Origin: an uncultured Prevotella sp.
Lineage (GTDB): Bacteria > Bacteroidota > Bacteroidia > Bacteroidales > Bacteroidaceae
NCBI GenBank assembly: GCA_900549175.1
Contig: URNN01000001.1
Coordinates: 65-64,064 of the forward strand
Length of the DNA stretch: 64,000 nt
Direction: 5' to 3'
Shown here: positions 10,401-18,292 of the stretch, piece after piece
Layout: the number at the start of each line of letters is the position of its first letter
How positions within the stretch are numbered: position 1 is the stretch's first letter
Notes under the pieces: model-generated
Database searches by the model: none
Told to the model about the DNA's origin: nothing
Seen by the model: only the letters and a program-made list of their open reading frames with translations
Translations under genes and position numbers: made by a program

Positions 10401-12587
10401 CGTGGTTTTAGACGCATCTGTACCAATGGTGGCTACAGCAGGACCCCATCCGGCTTTTACGTCGGCACCGCCGGAGTAAGTATTACTGCTGGAAGATGAA
10501 AAGCCGGATATTCCGATTACCTTTATCGGCTCTCCGTATTCAACAGTATTATTGCTATTTCTAATCTGCGGACGGTAATAGACTGAACCTCCATCTTTAT
10601 ATACCTTATCGGGTAAACCGTCACCATTCAAGTCCACAAAGGTGGAAAGACCTTTTGAATTGTCATTGGAATAGCTGAAACTACCACCGATAGTGGAAGA
10701 TGTGGACGAACTGCCGTCATAAATACCAACACCAGCATAGAAAGAGCCTCCGATAGAAGAACTTGTCGTGCCGCCGAGTGCGGTAGGCTTGTCGCTGAAC
10801 ATATCCATTCCCTGCAAGGGATTGATAAACCCTGCATCCAGTCCGTCATTGTGCGTGTTCCATGTCTCCTCGCCATCCTTGAACGGCACGTATCCGCTTG
10901 CCGCCTGCACGTCGTCGTAATAGTCGAACTTCTGGAAGGCGAACTCCTGCCCCTGGTCGTCAAACTGGCGTACGCCCTCAAGCAGGTCCTTGTGGAACGC
11001 GCCATCGACGTATGAGAACGTGTAGCTGCGCAGTTCCTCGCCCATGAAGCTGACGGAAACCTTCTCAAGCAGCCTGTTCGAGGAGGTCAGATAGCCGTAA
11101 CGTGCGTTGTTGGCCTTCTGCCGCTTGGTCTTGTCGCCTGTCAGCGTCACCACCGTATGAGGCTCGGTGCTCTCGGCGTTGCCCGCGCTGACCTTGGAGA
11201 GATAGACGGCCTTTGCCACCAGTCCTCCGCGCACAGGCTCGTCAGCCGCCGTGTACTCGTATTCTATCCAGTCGCCGTGTGTCTCGACAACCTTCTTGAG
11301 CTTCCATTCGGAAATCACCTCGCGCGTGTTGCCGGAGAGGTCGGTAATCGTGCCCTTGAGCACGGCACCCTCGCCGCCGTAGGTATATACCACGCCCTGC
11401 TTGTCGGTCACTTCCCAGTAATAGTTCGCCGGACTGTCGCCCTTGCGGATGATGCGTGAGAAGTCACCGCCCTGACGTGTGTAGAACTGACGGTCTACCT
11501 TGCGTGCAATCTTGTCACCGCGGTGTGCGACGCTCATCGCGCCGTTGTCGTCCATCGTGGAGAGCATGGAGCCGGAGAGCGAGTATGTCTCGGTCTCGTT
11601 TGCCAGGTCATAACGCGGAACACCCCAGCGGGTATCGAGCGTGATGGAGGGTACTGAAAGGTCCCAGCCCTGTCCGAGCCATCCGTTGCCGCCATCGCTG
11701 TTGTAGCTTATGGCGAGCGACGGAGCCATGCCGTTGCGTGCGGGAGGCATCTCGAAGGCATACTGCATGTTCGCCGAGCCTCGGTTGTTCGCCGTAGGCG
11801 GTGCGATGATGTTGAGCTTCGCCGTCGGGTCTGCCGCCTTGATGTCGTTCATCATGGTCGGGGCGAAGCCGTCGGTCTCGGGAGACTCGGGTGCCTGTAT
11901 GACACCGTTGATCATGTCGGTGAAGTGGGTGGTCCTGGACTCCACGTATGCCAGTTCCTTGTTTACCCTCACACGGTCGAGAGCCACCCAGTGGCCCTTC
12001 TCGGTATCGTAGTAGAACGTGCGGATGTCGTCTTCCGTGTAACCGCTCGGAATCCTCGTGCGGTCGTACTTCAGCCGCACGGTGGCACCCTCTTCCGTGA
12101 AGTGCGTGCCGTGAGGGAGGAAGCGGTATCCGTCGCTCTCTCCCGTGACATTGCACATGGCGAAGTCAAGCTCCGGCAATGCCGTGCTGTCCACCGCGCA
12201 GATGGAGAGGCTTACCGGGCGCAGCAGCCGTCCCTTCGCTACGGAGAGGGTACCGCCGGCCACGGAGATGCTGTCCGACTGTGCCGTGGTAAAATATTTG
12301 CGGACGGATCCGTCGGCGGAAGCCTGTTCCGTCTTTTCTCCGATGGCAGGTTCTTCCGTCTTTGTATTGCCAGATGCAAACTCTTCCTTCTGTTGCGGAG
12401 AAGGATTGCCGCTTTCTGCAGCCGCCAATCCGGGCGATGCGCCGGAGGCGTCAGCCACTATGCTGGTGCCGCTGTCCTCCTGCCGGGGCATGGCGTCTGC
12501 AGTCGAACCGGGATACAGGAATATCCCCGCCAGACATGCCGCCGACAATATGACGGAAGCAACGGCTATTATATATGACCGTTTCAT
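4449..12587 (-). CDS. SpvB/TcdB-like, FG-GAP and YD-repeat (Rhs) protein with N-terminal signal/TM segment and ZU5-like domain; C-terminally truncated (probable pseudogene)
   Basis: Hydrophobic N-terminus; SpvB motif PPARNGMAPSLAISYNSDGGNGWLGQGW; several DxNGDGxxD repeats; many YD repeats; no Rhs-core DPxG or toxin tip. Confidence 0.85.
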   Translation of the reverse strand: MKRSYIIAVASVILSAACLAGIFLYPGSTADAMPRQEDSGTSIVADASGASPGLAAAESGNPSPQQKEEFASGNTKTEEPAIGEKTEQASADGSVRKYFTTAQSDSISVAGGTLSVAKGRLLRPVSLSICAVDSTALPELDFAMCNVTGESDGYRFLPHGTHFTEEGATVRLKYDRTRIPSGYTEDDIRTFYYDTEKGHWVALDRVRVNKELAYVESRTTHFTDMINGVIQAPESPETDGFAPTMMNDIKAADPTAKLNIIAPPTANNRGSANMQYAFEMPPARNGMAPSLAISYNSDGGNGWLGQGWDLSVPSITLDTRWGVPRYDLANETETYSLSGSMLSTMDDNGAMSVAHRGDKIARKVDRQFYTRQGGDFSRIIRKGDSPANYYWEVTDKQGVVYTYGGEGAVLKGTITDLSGNTREVISEWKLKKVVETHGDWIEYEYTAADEPVRGGLVAKAVYLSKVSAGNAESTEPHTVVTLTGDKTKRQKANNARYGYLTSSNRLLEKVSVSFMGEELRSYTFSYVDGAFHKDLLEGVRQFDDQGQEFAFQKFDYYDDVQAASGYVPFKDGEETWNTHNDGLDAGFINPLQGMDMFSDKPTALGGTTSSSIGGSFYAGVGIYDGSSSTSSTIGGSFSYSNDNSKGLSTFVDLNGDGLPDKVYKDGGSVYYRPQIRNSNNTVEYGEPIKVIGISGFSSSSSNTYSGGADVKAGWGPAVATIGTDASKTTTKTTVYFSDINGDGLIDLVSNGKVYFNHIEFDAQGNAVPTFTLSSADTPSPIIYDPTKIDVSVGAVDPEEQAEIIRLSPMEDAVRVWVAPRNGIVSISGTVSLIAPSGDYDTEAYDKADGVRVAIQKGGSELWSQSISKGDATAHNATAQSVPVNKGDRIYFRVQSGNEEMSNGAFDEVAWHPVITYSGTEEFMPNGYSTTVYKPEEGALYFAPTSLSIDGGNETVEITGTFNKPQTTDDITLSIIGFNDKKDGNGNDNPAYLEKTVFTRTFAWDEIHDGELPVTLDNSDGLTNFRFMVSAQSNVRWDAVKWSPILSFTDSLGTRQNRQVSPDYTIYANHLKDAPSFVSSTADTVIYVKPVVTFSNMLYNGELTLTVKTVDRLLGKKKFAVTTGAVANDSIAILKSDIGTDKIWFELFSADSYVGNSISNVSVQVSSPTALTYQSAGANLYAVNNQTGFGPLYRGWGGFVYNASENRYSQPINESLLVLPQDENAQPDPLTMAFTPLSTDLNKIDRWSGQREEIYVTATHMGAARLTEQDVVLTNPFENIGNVAGLTGEHLQGTGAAAISQEMVSHNNVVQGGAIFTYNDANGDSKTKSMMIDLNGDGYPDIVAGGKIQYTNTLGGISGEVLEGMGTVSSGSKAQGFALGSDPILSAVATIKQIANGKNTSANQESSNKAKGSISASLSIPPSNEDWNIENFIDVNGDGLADKIISGNKVRLNLGYSFTEPIDWDIDRIQGGKSQSYTANVGGGYNQGSSSFAGGYNIVTSANEEQYNLTDVNSDGLPDKVWKSGNGIMVALNTGVGFDTPFVWQGANALSKSASTSEGGNVAFTVSIPVPLSPVGPILKISTNPGVSLSHSINRTNYSLQDVDGDGYLDIVTSDSESELTVKRSAIGRTNMLKSVTNSIGGRFELDYAHSTPTYGHPGGKWVMSALTVDDGIHDDGPLMKTAFEYADGFRDRHERDFLGFGKVITKSLDTENGDGIYRQSVQEFAVDNYYKSGNLVASYVSDASGNKFTETVNEYDAYSMTANADSYSFTKQDVIYSDRASAFVPLRYTANKQYEGTSQGMVISEAWNEYYLNGHHGELKSYRYSDKGSLGSNGSGSYDYATNIQYTSNADRHIFGLPTNVTVVGGDGSMYHNVSATYDTKYPNHLTQVSQQFGSGTAVTDYKYDRYGNITQKTLPANGTGQRMWYKYRYEPEMNMYVERIDDAWGYRSEAGNFDYRYGMALERRDLNNFYYETELDNIGRVTKVRGPNELATGVPYIIAFEYQQKAGFSETGITAPAYAVTKHYDIQHPNDDLETVTFVDGFGRPVQVKKDGVVTTAAKGSGASDQNVMIVSGRNVYDAFGRVAKTYYPTTEGMGSKTSFSTTFDNVTPTVTVYDVLDRALSVKLPDESETTTEYTLDSGSNALVTKVTDALGNSQSTVTSGSGKTLKSIQHSGPDGEITTTFEYDGIQRLVRVTDTEGNVTTSVYDMGDRRTEVNHPASGKTSFTYDPLGNVLTKQTANMAEEGKMIAYTYDYHRLTGISYPDHPENNVKYYYGGRNASHNRIGRLMMREDGTGAIEYFYGKMGEVTKTRRTLIVPNQAIATYVTQWTYDSHNRLLEMIYPDEEKVTYSYNLGGLLEKVRGEKSYGYDYITKLGYDKFEQRSYLKYCNGAETFYTYDNRRRLSNLAVNSGSTAIMDNDYTFDAVSNVLSVANNASLPASGNAGGKMSHAYTYDGLYRLASATGTYTGADSKSASYTLAMGYDNMHRITSKSQHLTQDNVQFNGMLNVGYDLTYTYGTEDGKKFQLASVKDVNYRTEETPGENNVENNHVYTYDKNGNLVYVNTGRLMNDGHNETGVGERKLIWDEENRLLAVDDNGFVSNYWYDADGERTVKTSGESDQVYVNGVFSGGSTNTAKFSLYVSPYLMANQSGCYTKHIYAGSQRIVSKIVDFASYGSAPASHRVCRCKYRRPLQIYIHITISEIKVAIIKIK

Positions 12588-12621
12588 AATGTATTAGTTG
12601 TATTTGATAATGTGTTTTTTG

Positions 12622-15606
12622 TTATTTTGCCAGAATCTTTTGCGTGTGTTCGCCGTCATCGGTGATAGCCTTGACGATATATACGCCTGTAGCCGGAACA
12701 CGGAAACGCGACGTCTTCACGACATCCCCCTCCATCTGTCCTTCATATACGAGTTTGCCCGTGGTATCGAATACCATGAGGGTCGCAGGCCCAGACTTGC
12801 CTCGGTCGAGTACGGCATTGAAGATACCGGTAGTGCCGTCTTCCCCGTGTACCGTGAGCTGGCTGTTCCTCTCGGACAGTCCGGCATCCTGTGCATCATG
12901 TTCAGCCTCGCCTATGACAACATCCGGTTTCGGCTCGATACCGTTTGGTGCGGACGGGTCACATTCGTTGCCGATGTGTACCGTGTATGCCACCGTGCTG
13001 GTCTTCGGGGTCTCTATCTGTACGTTGCCGTTTATCTCGAAGTCCTCCACCGGCAGCCCGTTGATGGTAAGGTCGGTGATATGCGTCTCACCGCGTCCGT
13101 ACTTGATACAGACCCTCCAGAGGCGCAGCGTCCACGCGCTCTTCTTGAGAACTTCCACTCCGTTATGGTACCAGCGTACATATATACCGCTGATCTTCAG
13201 TCCGAGGGTATCGCCGGGCTTGATGTTCACGCCCTGCGTCAGGCTCGTGTATCCGTCGAGGATGAAATACGCCTTGTCACCACGTACATCGTAGCCCCAC
13301 TGCGTGATGTCCTCGACCACGGAGGGCTCCGCTCCGATGCGGTACCATGAGCCTGTCTCGGTCACGGTCCATTCAATCTCACCGCCTGTGAACCGACGGT
13401 CGGTGTGCGAATAGGTGGAGTACAGCAGATTGCCCTTACCGTGGATGTCATTGCCACCGCCCTGTGTGACCGTCAGCGTGTAGGTTCCGGTCGCCAGGTT
13501 GTCAATCCTGTGCGTGTCGCCCATGAAGCTGCCGCTTGCCACGACGTCATCCTTGTTCATGCCGGCGACGGTATCTACTGTGAGTACATATTTGTATATA
13601 GGAGTACCGATATTTATTCCAATGTCAAGAGAGCCGTCCTTCTGAGGGACACCGTCAAGGCAGGTCGTGGGATGTGCCTCTACATCGGCGGATATGCCGT
13701 CGAAATAGGCGAAGGTAAACACGTCAGAGCCGCTGCCGTCGGCATCCCACAATATATTGTGGAACATCGTCTTGCCCCTGGTAATGTCAGGCGTGGAGCA
13801 TTTCACCATCGTGGTCGTGCCCGTGTCGAAACGCCCTTCCCCTGAAGGGTCTATGAGCATGACGGTACGCTGGCGGCTGTAATGGTAGAACTCCTTTTCA
13901 GGGGTGAGGTTGTGGCTCAGCTCGGCGAAGTAGCCGGTCTCGGCAACGCCGTTGGTGCGGACGGAAGCCAGTACCAGCGGAGTCTCGGATGCTTCTGCCT
14001 TGATGATGCCGTGCAAAGCGGAAGATTTCGCCTCGTCGGGAATCACGACGGTGTAAGCCTCCTTACCCTCGCCGTCGATACGCAGAGAGACCACACCGCC
14101 GGAGAGCGTCACGGAGACATCGCCTCCGCTGACACCCGTCGCCACGGATGAGGAAGACACCTGCCCGCCGCTGACGGTCCTGACACTGCCGTCACTGCCG
14201 AAGCGGAAGCCGTATGAACATCCCTCGTCACCGGAACCGCTGAAACCGACATCGAATGCCGGGTGTGCGGACGGACAGGCGAACTCGATGAATCCGTTGT
14301 TGCCGGCAAGGTTCGGAGTCACGGCAGTACCTGCCGTACCCGCCTCCTGGCTTATCATGTCGAGGAAGCCTTTGGGAGTGACCGTCATGCCGTTCCCCGT
14401 CCAGCGCACCGTGGCACTGTCGCCTGCGACAGGCATGTTCGTCTTCACGAGCCATGTGCGGTTCATGATATGCCACAGCGTGTCGTTGGGAGAGGTGTAT
14501 GTCTCCAGCGGGCCGCCGTCGTCGCCCCAGAAAAGGAAGCCCTTGTCCGGCATGACGTTACCGTACTCGCGTCCCATGACCAGCAGGTGCGCCTCTGACG
14601 GAAGTCCGTAGGCGTTTGCATTGTGGTAGCTGTCGTTTTCCGGGAGGGATGCGTACAGCGGTCCCTCCTCGTAGGAGGTCGTCGATACCGGCTGGCGGAA
14701 ATCCCATGCGCTGTTGCGTGCAACTGATGTCACCCTGTTGTGGTAGGCACCGGCCTCGTCCCTGTCCCAGGCGAGGTTCCCGTCTCCGTCGAGATAGGAA
14801 TCGTTGAGCGTGACACCGTACTTCATGGCAAGGTAGCTTTCCGCCCTGCGCCTCTCACCGGGAGTGAGCAGGCGGTTGTAGATGAGCAGTTCCGGTGTAT
14901 AGCCCTCGAAAGCGTTGTTGCCGAAGGCGGATATGTCGAACGGACCGTTGAAATGCTCGTTGGTGGCACTGTATGTCCCGCCGATGGTCAGCGTTCCGTT
15001 CGGTCCGCCCCATACCGAGGTGTTGGGCGCCGCCGCACGGTAATAGGTCAGTACTTTGGTGGCGTGCTCCTTGAAGATGTCCAGCGTCACGGAATCCCTG
15101 CCCGTATGCCGCAGATCCTCACCTTCGGTATTTCCATAGTCAAGCGGCGCAACCGAGCCGGGGCGCACAATCTTGTCGTTGGTGACAAGGCTGCCGCCGC
15201 CGTCGCCGCTTGCGACACCGTAGATAACCGATTCGTTTGTAAAGGAGGAATAAGGGGCAAACACACCGATGATGGTGGCTTGCGTGAGGTTTGAGCGGAT
15301 AAGGTCGCCCCATTTCGGGGAATCGCCTTTGGAGAAATCAATCGCCGGATTGAAATTGAGAAACTTGAGCAGGCTCCTGTCCTGCGTGAAAGCGTAAGTC
15401 CCGGCGGTGCGGCTGTACGCATACAGGGATAGTGAATCACCCGCAAAGTCGAACCAGTGGTAGCGACCCTGCAAATTGCTGCTGACCGGTGCGGTCCTGA
15501 ACCAGACATCCACGCCATCGTCGAATCCACCGGGGGAACGAGCGGGAAGCATGAGTGCTGATAAACCAAGCAGACCGGAAAAGAGGAGAGTCTTCTTCAT
15601 AAGCAC
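12622..15606 (-). CDS. Secreted protein with T9SS type A C-terminal sorting domain
   Basis: Signal peptide MKKTLLFSGLLGLSALML; LamG-like ELLIYNRLLT..ESYLAMKYG; CTD LMVFDTTGKLV...GVYIVK...TQKILAK. Confidence 0.85.
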   Translation of the reverse strand: MLMKKTLLFSGLLGLSALMLPARSPGGFDDGVDVWFRTAPVSSNLQGRYHWFDFAGDSLSLYAYSRTAGTYAFTQDRSLLKFLNFNPAIDFSKGDSPKWGDLIRSNLTQATIIGVFAPYSSFTNESVIYGVASGDGGGSLVTNDKIVRPGSVAPLDYGNTEGEDLRHTGRDSVTLDIFKEHATKVLTYYRAAAPNTSVWGGPNGTLTIGGTYSATNEHFNGPFDISAFGNNAFEGYTPELLIYNRLLTPGERRRAESYLAMKYGVTLNDSYLDGDGNLAWDRDEAGAYHNRVTSVARNSAWDFRQPVSTTSYEEGPLYASLPENDSYHNANAYGLPSEAHLLVMGREYGNVMPDKGFLFWGDDGGPLETYTSPNDTLWHIMNRTWLVKTNMPVAGDSATVRWTGNGMTVTPKGFLDMISQEAGTAGTAVTPNLAGNNGFIEFACPSAHPAFDVGFSGSGDEGCSYGFRFGSDGSVRTVSGGQVSSSSVATGVSGGDVSVTLSGGVVSLRIDGEGKEAYTVVIPDEAKSSALHGIIKAEASETPLVLASVRTNGVAETGYFAELSHNLTPEKEFYHYSRQRTVMLIDPSGEGRFDTGTTTMVKCSTPDITRGKTMFHNILWDADGSGSDVFTFAYFDGISADVEAHPTTCLDGVPQKDGSLDIGINIGTPIYKYVLTVDTVAGMNKDDVVASGSFMGDTHRIDNLATGTYTLTVTQGGGNDIHGKGNLLYSTYSHTDRRFTGGEIEWTVTETGSWYRIGAEPSVVEDITQWGYDVRGDKAYFILDGYTSLTQGVNIKPGDTLGLKISGIYVRWYHNGVEVLKKSAWTLRLWRVCIKYGRGETHITDLTINGLPVEDFEINGNVQIETPKTSTVAYTVHIGNECDPSAPNGIEPKPDVVIGEAEHDAQDAGLSERNSQLTVHGEDGTTGIFNAVLDRGKSGPATLMVFDTTGKLVYEGQMEGDVVKTSRFRVPATGVYIVKAITDDGEHTQKILAK

Positions 15607-15652
15607 AATGTATTAAATTGTTAGACATGTGATATTTCATATTATACGTTGG

Positions 15653-15730
15653 TTACCAGCAGAAATTCCAGCGTTGGACAATGGCTGGACAAGCAAGTTT
15701 CTTATGGTCCTTCTGTGCCTGTAAATCCAT
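15653..15730 (-). CDS. Candidate 25-aa small ORF (MDLQAQKDHKKLACPAIVQRWNFCW) at the head of the T9SS/Rhs operon
   Basis: ATG about 20 nt downstream of a TATCTTTG promoter box; open to TAA at 15653. Confidence 0.3.
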   Translation of the reverse strand: MDLQAQKDHKKLACPAIVQRWNFCW

Positions 15731-15750
15731 TGAGAGCCCAAACTGCACTG

Positions 15751-15784
15751 CAAAGATACAAATAAATTATAACAACCGTTATAA
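15751..15784 (-). promoter_or_regulatory. Bacteroidetes -7 promoter box plus adjacent palindromic operator for the T9SS/Rhs operon
   Basis: TATCTTTG on - (15751-15758); TTATAACAACCGTTATAA at 15767-15784. Confidence 0.65.
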
Positions 15785-16210
15785 TTTCGAGAATATTCAT
15801 GTGAATTTAATATAAATTAACGATATATGTGTTTAAAAAGATGATTTCCTGTCGCGAAATGAACATTTTGTAGATGTCAAATACATCTGATACATGAGTA
15901 TGGTTAAACAACAACTATATTCATGTCGTTTTATAACAGCATTTTTATGTATCATTGTTACTCGTCTGTAATCCCATCAGGAAGAAAATCTAATTAAAAA
16001 CGACTAATAGATGTATTATAATTATGTGTTGAGCGTCATTTGTCCCATTTTAGAAACTGTGGCACTGAAGTTTAGCCTGATTTATCATTAAAACTGTATT
16101 CGCACTACTAATGATACCTCCCGAAAAAATATTAATGGATTTTTTCGGGAGGATTGAGTTGGAATAAGATATATAATCTTAAAAAAACAAAAAATACAAC
16201 ACCCATTGTA

Positions 16211-16240
16211 TTTGTTTCTCATAATAATGTTGTAACTTTG
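16211..16240 (+). promoter_or_regulatory. Bacteroidetes sigma-A promoter for the structured leader and tetR
   Basis: TTTG (16211) ... TAACTTTG (16233). Confidence 0.6.
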
Positions 16241-16256
16241 CATCAGAATAGCATTG

Positions 16257-16491
16257 GCGGTTCGTGACGACGACCGCTCAAACATATTGCATTCGTATTG
16301 ACTCGTAAAGGAAAACTGCTAAATTTCACTGATAGACGAGGATGTGCGGAGCAATCGTGTCGTATTTGAAACGAATACGGCACGAACTGCATACGTCCGT
16401 CTATCAGCCTTTAGCAGTGGCTCCTTTACTGGCGTAAGCAGATTCGTGCCTTCATATAGCAGGGGTTTGCTTGAAAAATAGTAAACCCCTG
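16257..16491 (+). ncRNA. Highly structured 5' leader or ncRNA upstream of tetR
   Basis: Hairpins at 16257-16277, 16305-16429 (125-nt rod) and 16460-16491. Confidence 0.6.
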
Positions 16492-16502
16492 TTCATTTAC
16501 AT

Positions 16503-17087
16503 ATGATAATAGAAAACAAGGACACCAGAACAAAAGCGAAAATACTAACAAGAGTCTTACCACTATTTCTTGTCAACAACTATGAGTCCATAACGATAGC
16601 ACTCATGGAAGATGCTACCCGTATCACACGCGGAACAATATACAGGTATTTCAACAATAAAGAGGATATATTCAATCAAGCTGTAGCTCAATACTATAAT
16701 TCTCCGTTAAACGTATTGTATGCCCTAAGCCCAGACGGGCATACTTTGGAAAGTTATTGGGAACTCAAAATCCGGCAACTTGAATCTTCATATGCATATC
16801 TTCGGGGATATGGTATTTTTGCTAACGCACTTGCCATATCGCACTATATAGAGATACAGGCAACACGTATCAACCCCTCTTTTAACGAGATAGTACTGTC
16901 GCATAGACATAGAAACCTAAAACATTGGTCGTTAGTGTTGAGAAACACGCCAGACTTCACCCTGAATACAAAAAACATATCATATCAAAGAGCTGGACAG
17001 ATATACCACGGATTGTATATGCAATTATGCTCCTCTTATCCAAAAGCCAAGCTTGACTTGCCTACCATCGTTCTTTCGCATAAATAG
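16503..17087 (+). CDS. TetR/AcrR family regulator
   Basis: HTH YESITIALMEDATRITRGTIYRYFNNKEDIF. Confidence 0.85.
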   Translation: MIIENKDTRTKAKILTRVLPLFLVNNYESITIALMEDATRITRGTIYRYFNNKEDIFNQAVAQYYNSPLNVLYALSPDGHTLESYWELKIRQLESSYAYLRGYGIFANALAISHYIEIQATRINPSFNEIVLSHRHRNLKHWSLVLRNTPDFTLNTKNISYQRAGQIYHGLYMQLCSSYPKAKLDLPTIVLSHK

Positions 17088-17092
17088 ACTGT

Positions 17093-18292
17093 TTAGTTTA
17101 CTAATACAAAACCTTGTTCTGTAAGAACGCGGTGTGCTTTGGCCGCATTTTCTGCAAGATATACGTGTTTAGGGACTGCCGGTGGCGTAAACAATTTATC
17201 GAGACAGTGATTTATGAGCCATTTAGCTATCGGCTTTCCTGACCAAAAACCGTAATAAATGTTCTCTACCAATGCGCCAGACATCGTTTTGGGATAATAG
17301 CTCATCTGCCCGAAATCAACATATAGCTTACCTCGTGCTTCGGCCTCTTTTACCGTCCGGGATATTGTATTAAAATAAAGCACTTTGGAGTCATCGTCCT
17401 TATATTTGAATCCCATATATAATGGAACCAAGTTGACATCATTCTCCAGTATTATAACCATTACCCGGATTTCTCCAGTACAATTATCTTTAGCGACAAG
17501 GAAAAAGGATTTTTCTCCCAGCAAGTCATTAGTCGCTTCAAAGAACTTTTCGTTTAGAAACTCAAACTTATTCTTGGCTTTTTCAAGAACGGCTCTATAA
17601 AGATGTGTAAACTGTGCTGTAGGTTCACCGCCATAGTCATTTATGATTTCCCAATGAAATGACTTTTCAAAACGGTCTTTGAAATTACGATAACGTTTGC
17701 GGTTCTTTTTACGTAAGCCATTAGGGTAAGATACGTTTGGCAGGATAGGTATGGCAGTCGTAGGAAAGGATATAAAGAATTTATAATCCGCAGTCAATAT
17801 GTCCTTTACATATTGGAGACTCCTCTCCCTGACATCCTTGACAAAGACAAAGCTGGATCTGACCTCAACGCTCATCCTTTTGATTTCCCCTCCGATTATT
17901 TCCGCCACTTCTTGCTTTTCAGTCTCGGATAGTCCTGGAGCATATTCAATAAAATGCTCGCATGTCGCAGCATAGGAACCTGTAACAAAAGCCCGGAGTT
18001 TCAGAAATGATGGAAAGATCTTTCTTATCCATGAAATCCATGTCTTTGCCTTGCCTGACGATGCTATATTCATAATGTCCATGCCATAGCAGAAACATGG
18101 GACAATGGCTATTATATCTGCATCTCGGAAAACTTGCAGATAGTGAAATTCAACATCTTCAAATTCCGCAACTTCATTGGCTTTCATGAACTCCCGGCTC
18201 TTGATTACGTCCAAACCATATATTTTCTCCCAGTTTTCGGGAGTGATGTCGTCAATTGTGGCGCACCATTCAAATGTGAACCTATTTGACAT
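17093..18292 (-). CDS. FemAB-like / BioF2-type GNAT (amino)acyltransferase
   Basis: Tandem GNAT-like layout, FEFLNEKFF, LYFN..., YVDFGQMSYYPK..GA; likely start MSNRF overlaps the upstream stop by 11 nt. Confidence 0.7.
   Translation of the reverse strand: MSNRFTFEWCATIDDITPENWEKIYGLDVIKSREFMKANEVAEFEDVEFHYLQVFRDADIIAIVPCFCYGMDIMNIASSGKAKTWISWIRKIFPSFLKLRAFVTGSYAATCEHFIEYAPGLSETEKQEVAEIIGGEIKRMSVEVRSSFVFVKDVRERSLQYVKDILTADYKFFISFPTTAIPILPNVSYPNGLRKKNRKRYRNFKDRFEKSFHWEIINDYGGEPTAQFTHLYRAVLEKAKNKFEFLNEKFFEATNDLLGEKSFFLVAKDNCTGEIRVMVIILENDVNLVPLYMGFKYKDDDSKVLYFNTISRTVKEAEARGKLYVDFGQMSYYPKTMSGALVENIYYGFWSGKPIAKWLINHCLDKLFTPPAVPKHVYLAENAAKAHRVLTEQGFVLVN

Noticed and set aside
4580..15569. Many long alternative-frame and antisense ORFs over the Rhs and T9SS genes (e.g. 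5586-7046 +)
   Set aside because: Shadow ORFs expected from high GC3; no motifs
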